Source of the DNA: Paraspadella gotoi
Lineage: Eukaryota > Animalia > Chaetognatha
NCBI GenBank assembly: GCA_051294375.1
Contig: CM119264.1
Coordinates: 27,229,340 to 27,293,339, forward strand
Reading direction: 5' to 3'
Length of the DNA: 64,000 nucleotides
Shown here: positions 33,654 to 46,429 of the stretch, in pieces
Layout: every line of letters starts with the position of its first letter
Numbering within the stretch: position 1 is the first letter of the stretch
Notes under the pieces: model-generated
What the model saw: only the letters and a program-made list of their open reading frames with translations
The model's database searches: none
What the model was told of the DNA's origin: nothing
Translations under genes and position numbers: made by a program

Positions 33654-36600
33654 ATGGAGATTTCGCCTTCAGAGTTTAAGGTAGTAAGCCCCGTCTCCAA
33701 GTGCCGAAACCCAAACGGGAAAATCTCTCTCGCCATCTGTGCCAAATTTCCCGATCGAACGGACGTTGCGGGTTCCATCGTCGTCGTCAAGTCGCTGCAT
33801 AATCCCCTGGCAGGTGCGTCATTGCTGGCGAGGATGTTGGAAAGTCTGTAATACGGGCTTATTTTTACATTCGCCGACCGGGATTTTGCGATTGGTTTTT
33901 TTTTTTTCGCTTTTTATGAAAAAATTAAAAAAAGATATTGGGGAAGGGTAAAAAAAATTTATATTACAAATCCTTAACCACCCTTAACCCTCACCACCCT
34001 TAATCCCTAACCAACCAAACCGAAACATGTCCGAAATTTTGTTTTTTTATAAAATTCATACGTAAACAAACAGTTCATTTTTTAATTTAAATATAAAATA
34101 TCAATTAAAATAAATTTAAAACAATCCCTATTTATTATAAAATTACAAAATTTGTATTACTGAATAAAAAAAAATTATATTATTGCGCAAACTGAGATTC
34201 GACGTTAGAGGGAAAAGAAAATTAAATGGATTAACAAAGTACCGACCGGTGGAACATAAGCCTTAGGTTGTTTGCGGTCGTCAAATAGTAAAGTTACCCG
34301 GGGTTACTTTTGCCGACCGGGGTTAGGGAGGGGTTAGGGTTAAGGTTAATTTAGGGGTGGTTACTGGTTAGGGTAATTAAATAATTTTTTTTTTAATTTT
34401 TTTTTAAAAAATAAATATTTTTAAATAGTTTTCAAAAGCCGCCAAAACCGCAGTCGGCGAAAGTAAAATGTAGCCGTTACCCGTAATACGTATAATATTG
34501 TAAATTTGGTAATATTATCGTTTTAGAAAAAGCATTACGCTCGGGCGACGAGGAGATGTTCGAACAAAACTACGCAGCGGAAGCCAATCAACTTAGGAAA
34601 ACGAGTTTGAGCAACGAGAGACTCGCGACGGTATAAAGGGGGGGAAAAAAGAAGGAAAAATAGAAAAAGATAATGAACGTGAAGAAAGTGGAAAGGAAAA
34701 AAAAAATTACGAAGGCTAATGAATTTTCTTCTTTTTGACCATATTTGGTCACCTTGCTAGTTTCTCCATTCCAACTTTCGCCCCCTTGTGTGTTTAGTTT
34801 TACGGTTACGCCAAATGCGTCGATACTAGCCACGATCCCCCTCGCTTAGCGCTGATGACCGTTTGGGAGTTTCTGCCTCGGCGCGGACCCGTCCTCGAGG
34901 TGACGAGGGCGTCGCGAAATAAGGGTCACTCGATCTCGTTCGCCCTTAAGTGCAAGTGGATTAAGCAGGTGATGAGAGTACAAACATTGAATTCTCCTAA
35001 GAAGTACGTTCTAGAAGGACTCGTATACATTCTCTCCAGCTGCTCGGCGCCCTCTCCTATCTTCATTCGCAACAAGTCGTTCACGCCAATCTCAAGACGA
35101 AGAACGTGTTCGTCGACGCGGACTTCGATGTGAAATTGACGGACTACTCCTCGCCCAAGTTTCTCGACCTCGCCAACTTTCGATCTCTCCAGCCGGAGAC
35201 ATTCTGGCGCGACGTCTTTCGAGAGGCTTTGCCTTACTCCTCGGCAAGGAGATTGATAGGAAGTAAGTTCTGGATGATAATTCGTTAGTGAGACATCAAC
35301 CCGTTTTAACCATATTTCCACTTATTATCACAGAAATAATACCCGCCGAAGATGTCTACAGTTTCGGCGTTGTTTGCTACGAGATCGCCTCGGACGCCTA
35401 CACCCACGCCACCATCGATTTTTGCGACAAAGTTCGAAAAAAAGTCGAAGATATTACCGCCAGTGGTGAAGTCAACATCGTTGACGAAAGTTTGGCAGCG
35501 CTTCTCGATACCGAACTGTTCAGAAAATATCTTCCTTCCGAAACTCCTCAAACGATACATGATTTGTTGTTAAACGCTCGGGTCCACTATGGAATCCAGT
35601 AAGTTTTCCTAATTTCTGTTGAGGTTATATTTTTACGTACGTCGTTCCTTTTACCCTTTCAAATATTTTTTTATTTACTTTTTTTTCTCCTAGTCAATCT
35701 GCCGAAACCCTTGACGAAGCCTTTGCCCAACGCCTTTCCCACGAATGCGTACGCGGTTGCGTTGACGACGAAGTCGATCGCATTCGCGATCTCGAACCAA
35801 CGACGCCTCACGAGTTCAGAATAGACGACGCCATGATCAAATACGATGCCGCCAGAAGGGAAGAGTCGGCGCTCGGTTTGAGTGACGCCGTTAAGAGGGA
35901 GACGCAACGGCGTTCAGAACGTGGACAACCAACGGGTTCAATGGTGAGTGGAGAAGCGGTTCACTTGTCAAAGGGGGCTAGGCCCAAGACTCTTGCCCCG
36001 ACCTCGGTAGATACTTTTGCTGCAACTTGCGGAGAGAGGCATTTGCCCGTTTCCCCGCCGACAGAAGCTGTGCAACAGCCAATCACCCTGTCAAAATATC
36101 CTTCAGAAGTGGGTTTTACCACAACTTCGACTCAGATTTACAACAAGATTAGCGGGTCAAAAGAGACGAGACATTATGAGACTTCAAATGCGAATCAATC
36201 AACGGCTGTTCTGAAACAACCAGTCGATTGCACTTCGGGTCTTAGACAGCCTATTGATCGAAGACAGGTTCTGGGCACGGCTCGAAATCCTGCCAGTTTT
36301 CAAACTCTTCGATTCGATCGCCCCTCCGACCGCCCCTCCCACCAAAACGTCTTTCACAGTGATTTCCAATCGCGATCACAGCCACCGCAGTATCAGGAAT
36401 ATCAGCAGCATCCGAGTCATCCGCCCGATAACTCGCAGCTTTCTGGGCAGAGCAGATATTTTCATCCACAATTTCAGCCTCAACAAGAAAGAGCTTACCG
36501 ACCGAATGAGGATTTCGTGCCTTCACATGGCCATTACAGGCCGCAGCAAGAGCGTCAAGGACGTTTAAGGCAGCAACAGGAACCGTTACCGCCATCTTCA

Positions 36601-37722
36601 GCCGGCTTTTACCCGACTGTCTCAGCGGATAATTTCGCAAGATTTCCGCAGCAGACAGCATATCTTCAACAGCTTCAGCAGCAGAATTTAGCCGCTTATT
36701 ACCAACAGCAAGAGCCTCCCAGACCCTACGTTCCCGGGTCACCGACTTTACCATTTCCGCGCCAGGAATCCTCGTCGGAGAGCGGGGAATCAAACACGAC
36801 TTCGCTGCGTGAGAATCGCGCAGCACCGTCCGCAGTGGGTCATGAGAATTCGGCATCTTATTATTTACCGACCCAAGAGAATCGCCCACGGTCTTTCGCA
36901 CCGACGTACGAAAGCCAAGAGCCGCCGGAAGTTCGAACCCCATCCTCAGCCGACCTTTCCCAACTCGCTAGCGCTCTTTCGCCCCAGATGGTTGTCGCAT
37001 GCCCATATGGACAGGCCCCGTTTTTACCTCAGCAGTACATGCATCCACCTCCCCCGCATTTTCAGACTTGCAACGAAGGAAATATGTCGATAACCCACGG
37101 TCAATCGCACATCGTGATCAACAGCAAACAAATGATGCCAATTAACTTTATTTCTGGCTCTAAGATTCATATGGGCAACAAGTTCGTCACGAAATCCGTT
37201 CCGCCTCCCTCGGGACCTCCGAGGGTGACGCAGCCGGAGGCGCCGCAACCGTCAGCGCCGCGGACGCCGCCGACGGATCTGTGTCAGAGCGATGAGATGA
37301 TCAGTAATCGCGAATCGCGTCTACTCTTAAACGTCACGATTGAAAAGTGGCGTGATTTCGCCCTTCAACTCGGACTCAGTCCCGGAGATGTAACCGAGGT
37401 GAGAGACGCGATTTCATGAAATTTTTGAGGAGAAAATATAGAAGGGAAGTTATTTACAATTTTTATGTGCTTTTTGCTTCTTCTATTTTAATTCTTCCTT
37501 CGCTTCTTTCCCTTTTCCTTAATGAGGCTTCTTTCCTCTTCTCTTATCTGTTAGATCGAGCACGACTACGGAAGAGAAACTCTTTCGGAAAAGGTGCAAC
37601 GCGTCCTGGAGCGATGGAAGGAGCAGGAGGCTCGCGGCGCCTCCTTACGTCGGTTCGCCTTGGCTCTCTGGAGATGCGGCCAGGGTCAGCTCGCCAGAAG
37701 AGTCGGCGCGACTGATAACTGA
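33654..37722 (+). CDS. Pseudokinase plus RHIM-like motif plus death domain protein (RIPK1/Imd-like)
   Basis: Kinase-fold motifs VVVK, LSYLHSQQVVHANLKTKNVFV, VKLTDYS, DVYSFGVVCYEI. Q/P-rich linker. C-terminal death domain WRDFALQLGL...IEHDYGRETLSEKVQRVLERWKEQE. Confidence 0.85.
33854..34483. mobile_element. MITE-like non-autonomous DNA element in intron 1 of the pseudokinase gene
   Basis: Imperfect terminal inverted repeats (CGGG...TTTTACATTCGCCGAC / GTCGGCGAAAGTAAAA...CCCG), TA on both sides, inverted internal CCCTAA/TTAGGG-like tracts. Confidence 0.75.
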
Positions 37723-38111
37723 TACTAAAATTTTTCATTTAAAAGGAAAAATTTATATTTAGATAAATTGATCTTGATTTCGGACATTAGACTTTTACTT
37801 CTAAGTCAACTAGCTTCTGTGATAAACCAGAATTGTTTTAAGTTTTATTGGGGCTAATGTTGTTTTAATTTTTTTCCTCTTCTCAACTCTTGTACTATAC
37901 TAGTACTACTACTAGTAGTAGTATGCTGTTATTCTTCCAACGGTTTTCGTATTTTCATGTTTTCACAGAAAAGTGTTTTATAGCCCCAATTAATAAAAGA
38001 TAAGCGGGGACAAAGAATAAAAATCAGGTACGCTCGTATCCTCTTGTATTTATCTCCGTTACTACGCAGGTAAATTAATTTAACATATCGCTTCGTCGTT
38101 ATAATTTGCAG

Positions 38112-39447
38112 ATGGCGTCGGCCCCTTGTGGCGATGAGATGGGCGACGGAGAACCCATGACGCCCAGTCTACAAAATGTCGTAGATCAAAAGTCGTTAAA
38201 ATGGATCTTCGTCGGTGGAAAAGGTCATTACTGATGGAAAAGCTGTCTCTAAACGTTAAAAAATGAATATATTTTGCTTCCCCAAATCAGGCGGCGTGGG
38301 AAAGACGACGTGCAGCTGCTCGCTGGCCGTCCAACTGTCTAAATTCCGCGAGCGCGTGCTCATCATCTCCACGGATCCTGCCCACAATATCTCCGACGCC
38401 TTCGACCAAAAGTTCTCTAAAGTGCCGATCCTCGTCAAGGGCTTTCAAAACCTGTGGGCGATGGAGATCGACCCCAGTCTCGGGTTCTCCGAACTCCCGG
38501 AGGAATACTTTGGCGCCGGCGAAGACGAGGAAAGGAACTTTTTCGCTCAGGGCAAACAAGTCATGCAGGTAAAACAAAAGGGTCTGTTTCTGAAGATGGC
38601 TCCGTGCTAAAAGTTTGGACGGTCAAAAAGCTTTCTTCAAATTTACCCAGGATCTCCTCGGCGCTTTTCCGGGCATCGACGAGGCCATGTCCTACGCGGA
38701 AGTGATGCGCCTCGTGAAGGGCATGAACTTTGACGTGGTAGTTTTCGACACGGCACCGACCGGCCACACCCTTCGCCTTCTTTCCTTTCCCTCCGTGGTG
38801 GAGAAGGGACTCGGAAAACTTTTGAAGCTCAAGTCCCAAGTTTCTCCCTTTGTTTCCAACGTGTCCAACCTGCTCGGACTCGGCGCCGACTCCTCCTTCA
38901 ACCCCGAGGAGATGACTTCTAAGTTGGAGGAGACGCTCCCTGTCATCCGCCAAGTCAACCAGCAGTTCCAGGATCCGAATCAGACCACTTTCGTTTGCGT
39001 CTGCATCGCCGAGTTCCTCTCCCTTTACGAGACGGAGAGGCTGGTGCAGGTTATTGTTATTATTTTAATTTCGATTGTTTTTGGTGTTGTTCTAGAATCT
39101 AAGACAACGTTCTTTTCATTTAAGGATTTGGCGAAGATGAACATCGACACGCGAAACATCGTCGTCAATCAGTTGTTATTTCCTCCACCCGGCGACAAAC
39201 CTTGCGGACTTTGCGCCGCCAGATGCAAGGTTGCGCTCAGTTTTCTATTGTTCTATTTTTCCAACAGCTTGTAATTGTAATCTTTTTTAAATTTGACCAG
39301 GTACAAGCAAAATACTTGGAACAGATTGAGGATCTTTACGAAGACTTTCATGTCACGAAACTTCCTCTTCTTGACCACGAAGTCAGAGGGACAGACCAAC
39401 TTTTGGAATTTTCCCAAAATTTGCTCAAACCTTATTCAAACGCGTGA
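38112..39447 (+). CDS. GET3: ATPase GET3/ASNA1
   Basis: [53 protein letters not shown], CxxC motif. Confidence 0.98.
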
Positions 39448-40320
39448 GGGGTGCGAAAAAAATATTGAGTTTTGGGAGATCTGGAGATGTTTACTCGTTG
39501 ACACCAAAATTTAGTTGCGATTCATCTCTAGTCTGGATATATAACTTTTTCGAGATGATTGGTGCTGTTTGTAATTCAAGTCTAAATGAATGGCAAACAT
39601 CCTAAAAACGTTTTTTGTTCTTTTCTCTTTGAGATTCTTCCTCCCTCCTCACTTCTTATTCCCCAGTTTAGTATTCAACATAATTTATAACTTAGCTTAC
39701 GATTTTTACATTAACGCGCGAGACTATAAATTTTTCCCTCCCGGCTTTTTTTTTTTAGGCAGATGCCATGGATTAAATAGATAACTTTAAAATAAAAAAA
39801 ATGACGACCGTTGCATTTATTAACGAACAAATGCAAAGATCCTGTTTACGTCTTCCTTTTCTGTCGTGCCTCCTGAGACTGTTTCTAGAGGAGACACTCG
39901 GAAAGTTTGGTCGGTCTTCCTCAATATCGGTGTGGTCGACGGGTGGATTGCGAGAATCCTTCGCCCTCGCCCATTGAAAATAAATTTGGACGAGGTAAAG
40001 CAATATCGGTACTTAGTAGGGAAATCTTTAGTTTTACGACGCGGCGGAGCGATTGGTAAAAAGCTGTTTGGTGTGAAAGATTTCGACTGGCAAAATTTGT
40101 TCGATTACGATCAAAATCGGATTTTTCAGCTATATAGTATGCTACGTACTTAGAATTGCGTTTGCAATCTTCCGAATAGCTTATTACAATTTTCAGTCAT
40201 AAACTTGTTAAATTATTTATTAATTATTTGCTAGATAGATTTAGTTACAGAAATTTCAGAAAGAGTGATAAAATAAATTAGAAAAGATTAGAGCAATTAC
40301 GTGTAATAACTGAAAATAAA

Positions 40321-42363
40321 ATGGAATCTCTGCCGTCTGAAATTCTGGCGCTGATTTTTGCAAAACTGCCTCACCGAGATCTGGCCAGCGTCGAGCGAAC
40401 CTGCCGAATCTTTCGAAACTTTATCGTCGGGTCCGGTTTGTGGGTTCGACGCTTGAAGAGGATCGACGCCGCCGAACGCGAGCATTTGACGCGGCGATTG
40501 GAGGACTTCGTCCGTATTCCTCGAAGTCGATGGAACAACATGGAATCTGGCGTAGCCAAAACGGCCGTCATTCTGCTCGATTCGAAAATCAAAGAATTGG
40601 AGACGAACTGGAAGTTTAACAGACACACGCGGGCCTCGTTGCGAATACCGAAGGCGCAGGACCGAGCGCGGAGAATATACGTAGATTGGGTCGTCGGGAA
40701 GATCGTCATCCAATACTGCATGGCCAAGAGCGAGAAAGATCAAGGTCAAGCCGATGCGGAGGATGAAGACGAAGACGACGATGATGACGAAGATGGCGAC
40801 GGCGACTATTTCGACGACGTGAAGCCGAAATGGGTCGTAGTCTATGACCTTGCGGATTTTCGAGAGTTGGCGCGTTTCCAGACTAATTGTTTTCTACTCG
40901 GATTTGTTGACCCGAAGTTGGCGATAGCGGAATTTGACGAGAAAAATGTTCTCGTTTATATTTACGATCACGTGAGTGGAACGAAGAGAAAAGTCATTAA
41001 CCTTCAAGTTTGGTACCCAACGTTTTGTCAAGTCCTTTTTCGGAGCGAGCGAGTTTACGCTTGCAGAACGAATCCGAGTCAAATCTGCGCTTACGCCTGG
41101 GACAACGAGGAAGCCGTTGACGATGTTCGTCAAATCTTTCCCGCTGAGGACGATGAATCTCAATTCTTTCAAGAATTTTCCGTCGTTGACGATAAGTAGG
41201 AATTAGAAAGAGTTATCGAGGAAAGTTAAGAGTTTGTTTATATTATTTCTAAAATTAAGCGTTACGACTACAGGGACGATGGGACATTTGTTAGGGGTAT
41301 GAGGCATCTCTCGACAGCTGGCGCTCAGGGCTTTGGACCTGCGGTGACCACTTCATGTCACTGGTGTGTTTATACTGGTACCATCACACTTTAATCAGCA
41401 TGACCGAGAGGGGATTGAACCCGGAAGCGCCTACTTAGCTGTCCAAGCTATTTTGACAAGCTTAGTGAGACCAGAGGTTTGCCACACTACAATATTTAGC
41501 AACTGAATTGTGTGAATGTTGGGGACATCTATTACATTTCCTGAAGTCAACGAAGACCCGTTGAGGTCAGCGCTTATAATTCTCGATCCACACTTAGATT
41601 ATATGCGATCGTCGTCGACTTTCGCCTCCCGTTTATCAACGAGGGAGTCGGTCCCGGAGAATTTGTCGAGTACAGCGGACAAAAGGTCGTCGTAATCTTC
41701 CATCGCGCGACTGGCGCCGTTTTGCATCGGCTCTCTCAAAACAACATTTATGCCAACGTGTCGACGAAAGACATTTGGCAAGAAATCTCGCTGGCCGGAT
41801 CCTTTTTGGAAATCTCTTTGCTGCGAGCGGAGAATCGCAAGGCTGTCCGATCTCGGGTCATCAATCTCGCCGTCGAACCCGTAGGCTCCAAAGCCGCGTT
41901 TTTTCAGGGTCTCAACGGCTATGACTCGAAGCGATGGGTCGTGCGTAAACATTTGACCAACGCGGGCCGTTGCGTGACCGCGTTCATGAGAGCCGACTCC
42001 GCTTTCGAGGTCGGCCATGCATGCCTCACCGTTCTTAATCACGTTGTGTCGAGGGACATACCCAGATTCAACATCTTCCCCACTTTTATATTTATGAACG
42101 ATTTCGATTTGGTTCTGGTGTTCGACCATCATCCCCGGTTGACCCTGCTGCATTATAGTTTTCTGAAGATGGACTCCGGCGAGTCTTTGCGAGTTTGGGA
42201 ACGCTCGACTTGGACTAAGTTGAGCGAGCTCCGTTGGCTCGACTTGGCGCGCGGAGAGTCTTCTTTCAAAGATCCCAAGAAGATTCTTAGAGGAACCATC
42301 GATTACTTAAGAGTCGCCGATCGTCTTCGCTGGGTCAACTTGGAGAGCGACCGAGCCTCGTAA
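40321..42363 (+). CDS. F-box protein, two exons (intron 41196-41597)
   Basis: N-terminal F-box SLPSEILALIFAKLPHRDLASVERTCRIFR; frame kept across a GT-AG intron; C-terminus not recognised. Confidence 0.8.
41270..41490 (-). mobile_element. Twister-bearing SINE/retrozyme-like element, copy 1 (boundaries approximate)
   Basis: 41293-41424 is the reverse complement of 55118-55249 (132 nt ungapped, about 18 mismatches by hand count); contains B-box/T-loop-like GGTTCAATCC. Confidence 0.85.
41317..41399 (-). ncRNA. Type-P5 twister ribozyme fold, probably impaired
   Basis: Minus strand: GCUGAU-UAAA-GUGU-GA-UGG-[UACCAGUA]-UAA-ACAC-AC-P3-CAGG-UCCAAAGC-CCUG-A-GC-GCCAGC. T2 has AC in place of GC. Confidence 0.8.
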
Positions 42364-42609
42364 ATCATCGAAATTGTGTTTGTTCTTCGATCTTTTTAAC
42401 TTTTTCTTGTGCAAGTTTTTGAACGCATCTTTTTTAGACTATGTATTTGAGAATTTATGATTCCTGTTTTGGTTCATTTGAAATTTTGTTTCGCTTTCAG
42501 CAAGTTTGAAAGGCTCATCGCTTCCCGTGACCACTTTCGTGCTCTTTTAAAAAATGTTTATAAACGATATATTTTATCACTGAGCATTATTTCCGAACTC
42601 CACCCCGGC

Positions 42610-43721
42610 ATGCCTTTTTGTCGAGAAAGCGTCAGCGGAGTCATCCTCGACATAAGTGGGGTCCTTTATGACACTGGTCCCTCTGGCGGCGTCGCCATCC
42701 CTGGTTCAGTCATCGCCGTCCGACGTCTCCGCGAGGCCGGCATCCCTTTACGATTTTGTACAAACTCGACGGAGACGCCGCGGAAAACGTTGGTGGGGAA
42801 TTTGAGGTGGGAGAGGAGTGTTTCACTCTGGAGGGGATGATGACATGAGTTTAATTTTGAATGGAGGGAAGTGTGGAGTGCAATAAAGTGTTAAATTTGT
42901 TTTGGAATCACTTCTAAATACCAATGCTTTGAAAAACAAAAAAATTAACAATCCTACGACATTTTTAGGGCGTTAGGGTTCGAGATCGAAGAAAAGGAAG
43001 TGTTCTCTCCGGCGCCCGCCGTGTGTCGCTACTTGAATCAACGCGGCTTGAAACGGCCACACTTTTTGATCCACCCGCGGCTAATGGAAGACTTTGCTGA
43101 AGTCCTGACGTGGCGAGACGACGGCGCGTGCGACTGCGTAATTCTCGGCGACGCCGCCGACGAGTTAAGTTACGCGAATTTGAATCGAGCCTTTCAGATT
43201 TTGATGGAGATGGAGACGCCGGTGTTGATCTCCATGGGAATGGGAAAGTATTATAAGGTGAATATCGGGTGATTTTAAGCGAACGCTCGACTTTCTCGAC
43301 GCCATTCTTGATTTTAACCCCCGTGTACTAGTGAATTGCATCCGGAGTAATGCATTGTTCATAGGAGACGGACGGTCTCAAGCTTGACGTAGGCGCCTTT
43401 GCCCGCCTCTTCCAATTCGCCTGCGACGTGGAACCCGTCGTCGTTGGCAAACCAGCCGCCGAGTTCTTTAAAGCGCCCGCGATCGACATACTCGGTTCGA
43501 CGGAAGCGTCGACGAAGTCGTCGCCGGCCTCTCTCGCCGGCCTCGTCATGGTCGGCGACGACCTCAAGAGCGACGTGGGCGGTGCCCAAGCAACCGGCAT
43601 GAAGGCCGTCTTGGTCCGGACTGGAAAATATCGGAAGGAGAATGAAACTGATCCGGACGTCAAGCCTGACGCCATCGTAGACGATTTGAGGGCTTTAGTG
43701 GACGAACTGCTTGGGAGTTAA
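42610..43721 (+). CDS. LHPP: HAD-family phosphatase, LHPP/HDHD2-like
   Basis: GVILDISGVLYD, RFCTN, VVGKPAAEFF, VMVGDDLKSDVGGAQATGM, LVRTGKYR. Confidence 0.88.
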
Positions 43722-43850
43722 TCGCCGTTTTTGAGAAAAAATATGAGACTGAGTCTTGCCTTTTCTGAACTACTAGTCATTATTATTTGCGCCTTTTTCT
43801 TGCGATACAGAAATTATTATTTTTAAAACATTTGGTGCTAATTATTGAAA

Positions 43851-46248
43851 ATGTCAAAGGAGGAGGAAGAGGAGGCGCCCTTGCTGCAATTTCATCAAAT
43901 GGGCCTCGATGATCGATTGCTCAAAGCAATCGCTGCTCTTAAGTGGAAAGAGCCCACGCTTATTCAAGGTTTGTTTTCTGTAATGACAAATCTCATTATA
44001 TGCATTGTTTGTTAAATCTTTATTATTACCATTAATAGAAAAAGCCATTCCACTCGCTCTGGAGGGAAAGGACATTCTCGCGCGGGCTCGAACCGGATCT
44101 GGAAAAACCGGAGCCTTCTTGATTCCGCTTTTGCAGAAACTGCTCACCACGAAAAAGTCCGCCATCGGTTCGTGCATTTATCGTGGATTCACGAAGACTC
44201 AGTTAAACTATTAAAATAAAGTTTCTAACTTTTTTTACAGGTGGTCAAAAGACGAGAGCCATCATTGTAACTCCGACGAAAGAGTTGGCGTCGCAAACTT
44301 TAAAAAACTTAAACGATTTGACTCTTTGCTGTTCGCGCGACATTCGCTCCGTCGACGTCTCTTCCGCGCAGATGGCGCTGCCGGAGACGCCAGATGTTCT
44401 CGTTGGAACTCCCTCCAAACTCTTGGCGCAGATTCTGGCCAAGAACGTCGACGTCAAAGACTGTCTAGAGTGAGTCCAGTGCCGTCAATTCATTTTAATC
44501 TCATAAAGTCATAAACATTTTGTCTAAATAGTTTTTATTATTATTAAATTTCAGATATTTCGTTGTCGACGAAGCGGATCTTATATTCGCTCTCGGCTAC
44601 GAAGAGGACACGCGGGCGCTGGTTCAACATTTGCCGACGATTTTCCAAGCCTTCCTCATGTCCGCTACCCTCAACGACGACGTCAAGCTGCTCAAGAAGC
44701 TCTTCCTCCACAACCCGGTCATCCTCAAACTCCAAGAGTCCGTCCTTCCTTCGGCCCTGCAGTTGACTCAGTACCAAATCAAATGCGAGGAAGAAGATAA
44801 ATTCGTCCTCATCTACACTTTGTTCAAACTGAGACTCGTCACCGGCAAAACGATTCTCTTCGTCAATTCCGTTGATCGATGCTACAGACTCAAACTTTTC
44901 CTGGATCAGTTCGGGATTCACGCTTGCGTTCTCAACTCTGAACTGCCGGCGAATTGCCGGTGTCACATCGTCAGTCAGTTTAACGAAGGTGAGATAAATG
45001 CAAATACTTTTCAGTTTCGTGCCAATTGGGTTTATATGGTTAACATATAACAAGTTTTTTGCAACCATTCCCGCAATTATTTGTTTGCTCTTTTTTCTTT
45101 TCAGAAAAAAAAAGATTAGGCTATTTCTCTCTCAATAATCTTGTTCTGGTTTAGTTTCCCTTTTATAACTTTTTTATGATCCGAGTAAATTAGAAACTTA
45201 GAAACTTAGCCATAGGATTATGTATTATATATATGTATATAACTATATATATATGTATATGATTTATTATTGTAGAAAGTCATCTACCCTTTTTATTTGT
45301 CTTCAAGGTCTTTACGATATCATCATCGCTGCGGACGAGATATCGTCGCCCCCATCGTCGACGACGACGTCATCTTCCGCAAAATCGAAGAAAGAGAAAA
45401 AAATGGGGAAACAAAAGGCGAAAGCGACCAAGGAGTTCGGAGTCTCGCGCGGCATCGATTTCCAAAACGTCGCCAACGTCATCAACTTCGACTTCCCTCC
45501 CAATTTGGAGGCGTACATTCATCGAGTCGGTCGGACGGCGAGAGCGGAAAATAAAGGTAAAGACTTTGTTTTTTAGTGTAATTTTTTGTTTGTCATGTGA
45601 TGACTTTTTCACTCCTCCCTCATTTTTTTTAGGAACGGCGCTGACGTTTTGCAGGGTGGACGACGAGGGCGCTTTGGTGACGATGGAAGCCCAACTGCGG
45701 GACGACGGAGAACCCGAAGCTCAGATATTTAAACCCTTCAATTTTCGCATGGAGGAAATCGAGGGATTCAGATACCGAGCGAAGGATGCCATGAGAAAAA
45801 TCACTTCCATTGCGGTCAAGGTGAAAGGATCAGTGTTTTCGAATTTAAATCGATTGAAAAAAAAAATGTTTAATTTCGTGGCTTTCTCAATTTTCAGGAG
45901 GCGCGTTTGAAAGAGATTAAGTCCGAGCTAATGACCTCGCAAAAGCTCAAAGCTTACTTCGAGGACAATCCCCGGGACTTGCAGCTTCTCCGCCACGACA
46001 AAACCCTCGCCCCGAAAACCGAGACTCACCTCAAGAACGTCCCCGATTACTTGGTGCCTCCGACGCTCAAGTCGCTGCAGGAGCGACGCGTCGGCGGCGG
46101 CGGCGGCGGCGGCCAAGGATCCGGGAAGCAGCAGGGAGGACGGAGGCCTCAGAGAAACGGAAAGGGCGACGCTTTCAAGAGATTTAAGAGAAAACAGAAC
46201 GATCCTTTAAAGTCTTACCAGTTTTCGTCGAAGCGAAAAAAAGTGTGA
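43851..46248 (+). CDS. DDX56: DEAD-box RNA helicase DDX56 (Dbp9)
   Basis: [57 protein letters not shown]. Confidence 0.96.
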
Positions 46249-46429
46249 TCACAATCGTTTACGGAATCCGTTGTTTTATCGTGGTTTTTGTTTTCTGTTT
46301 CAGAAAATTAAACTTACTGACTCGAGTTCATAACGGACTAAGACAAACCTGAAATTGACTCGCTCGCTGGTGAGCAATTTTTTTTTCTTACCTCGAGGCT
46401 AACTTGAAAATCATGTATTTATTATTAGG

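Noticed and set aside
35000-35110. Apparent frameshift in the kinase domain
   Set aside because: Resolved by a splice acceptor at 35039, giving LLGALSYLHSQQVVHANLK in frame.
36251-36943. Long minus-strand ORFs overlapping genes, here and elsewhere
   Set aside because: Shadow frames of GC-rich coding exons with no independent motifs.
39773-40153. ORFs between GET3 and the F-box gene
   Set aside because: No motif or consistent splice structure; possibly decayed sequence.
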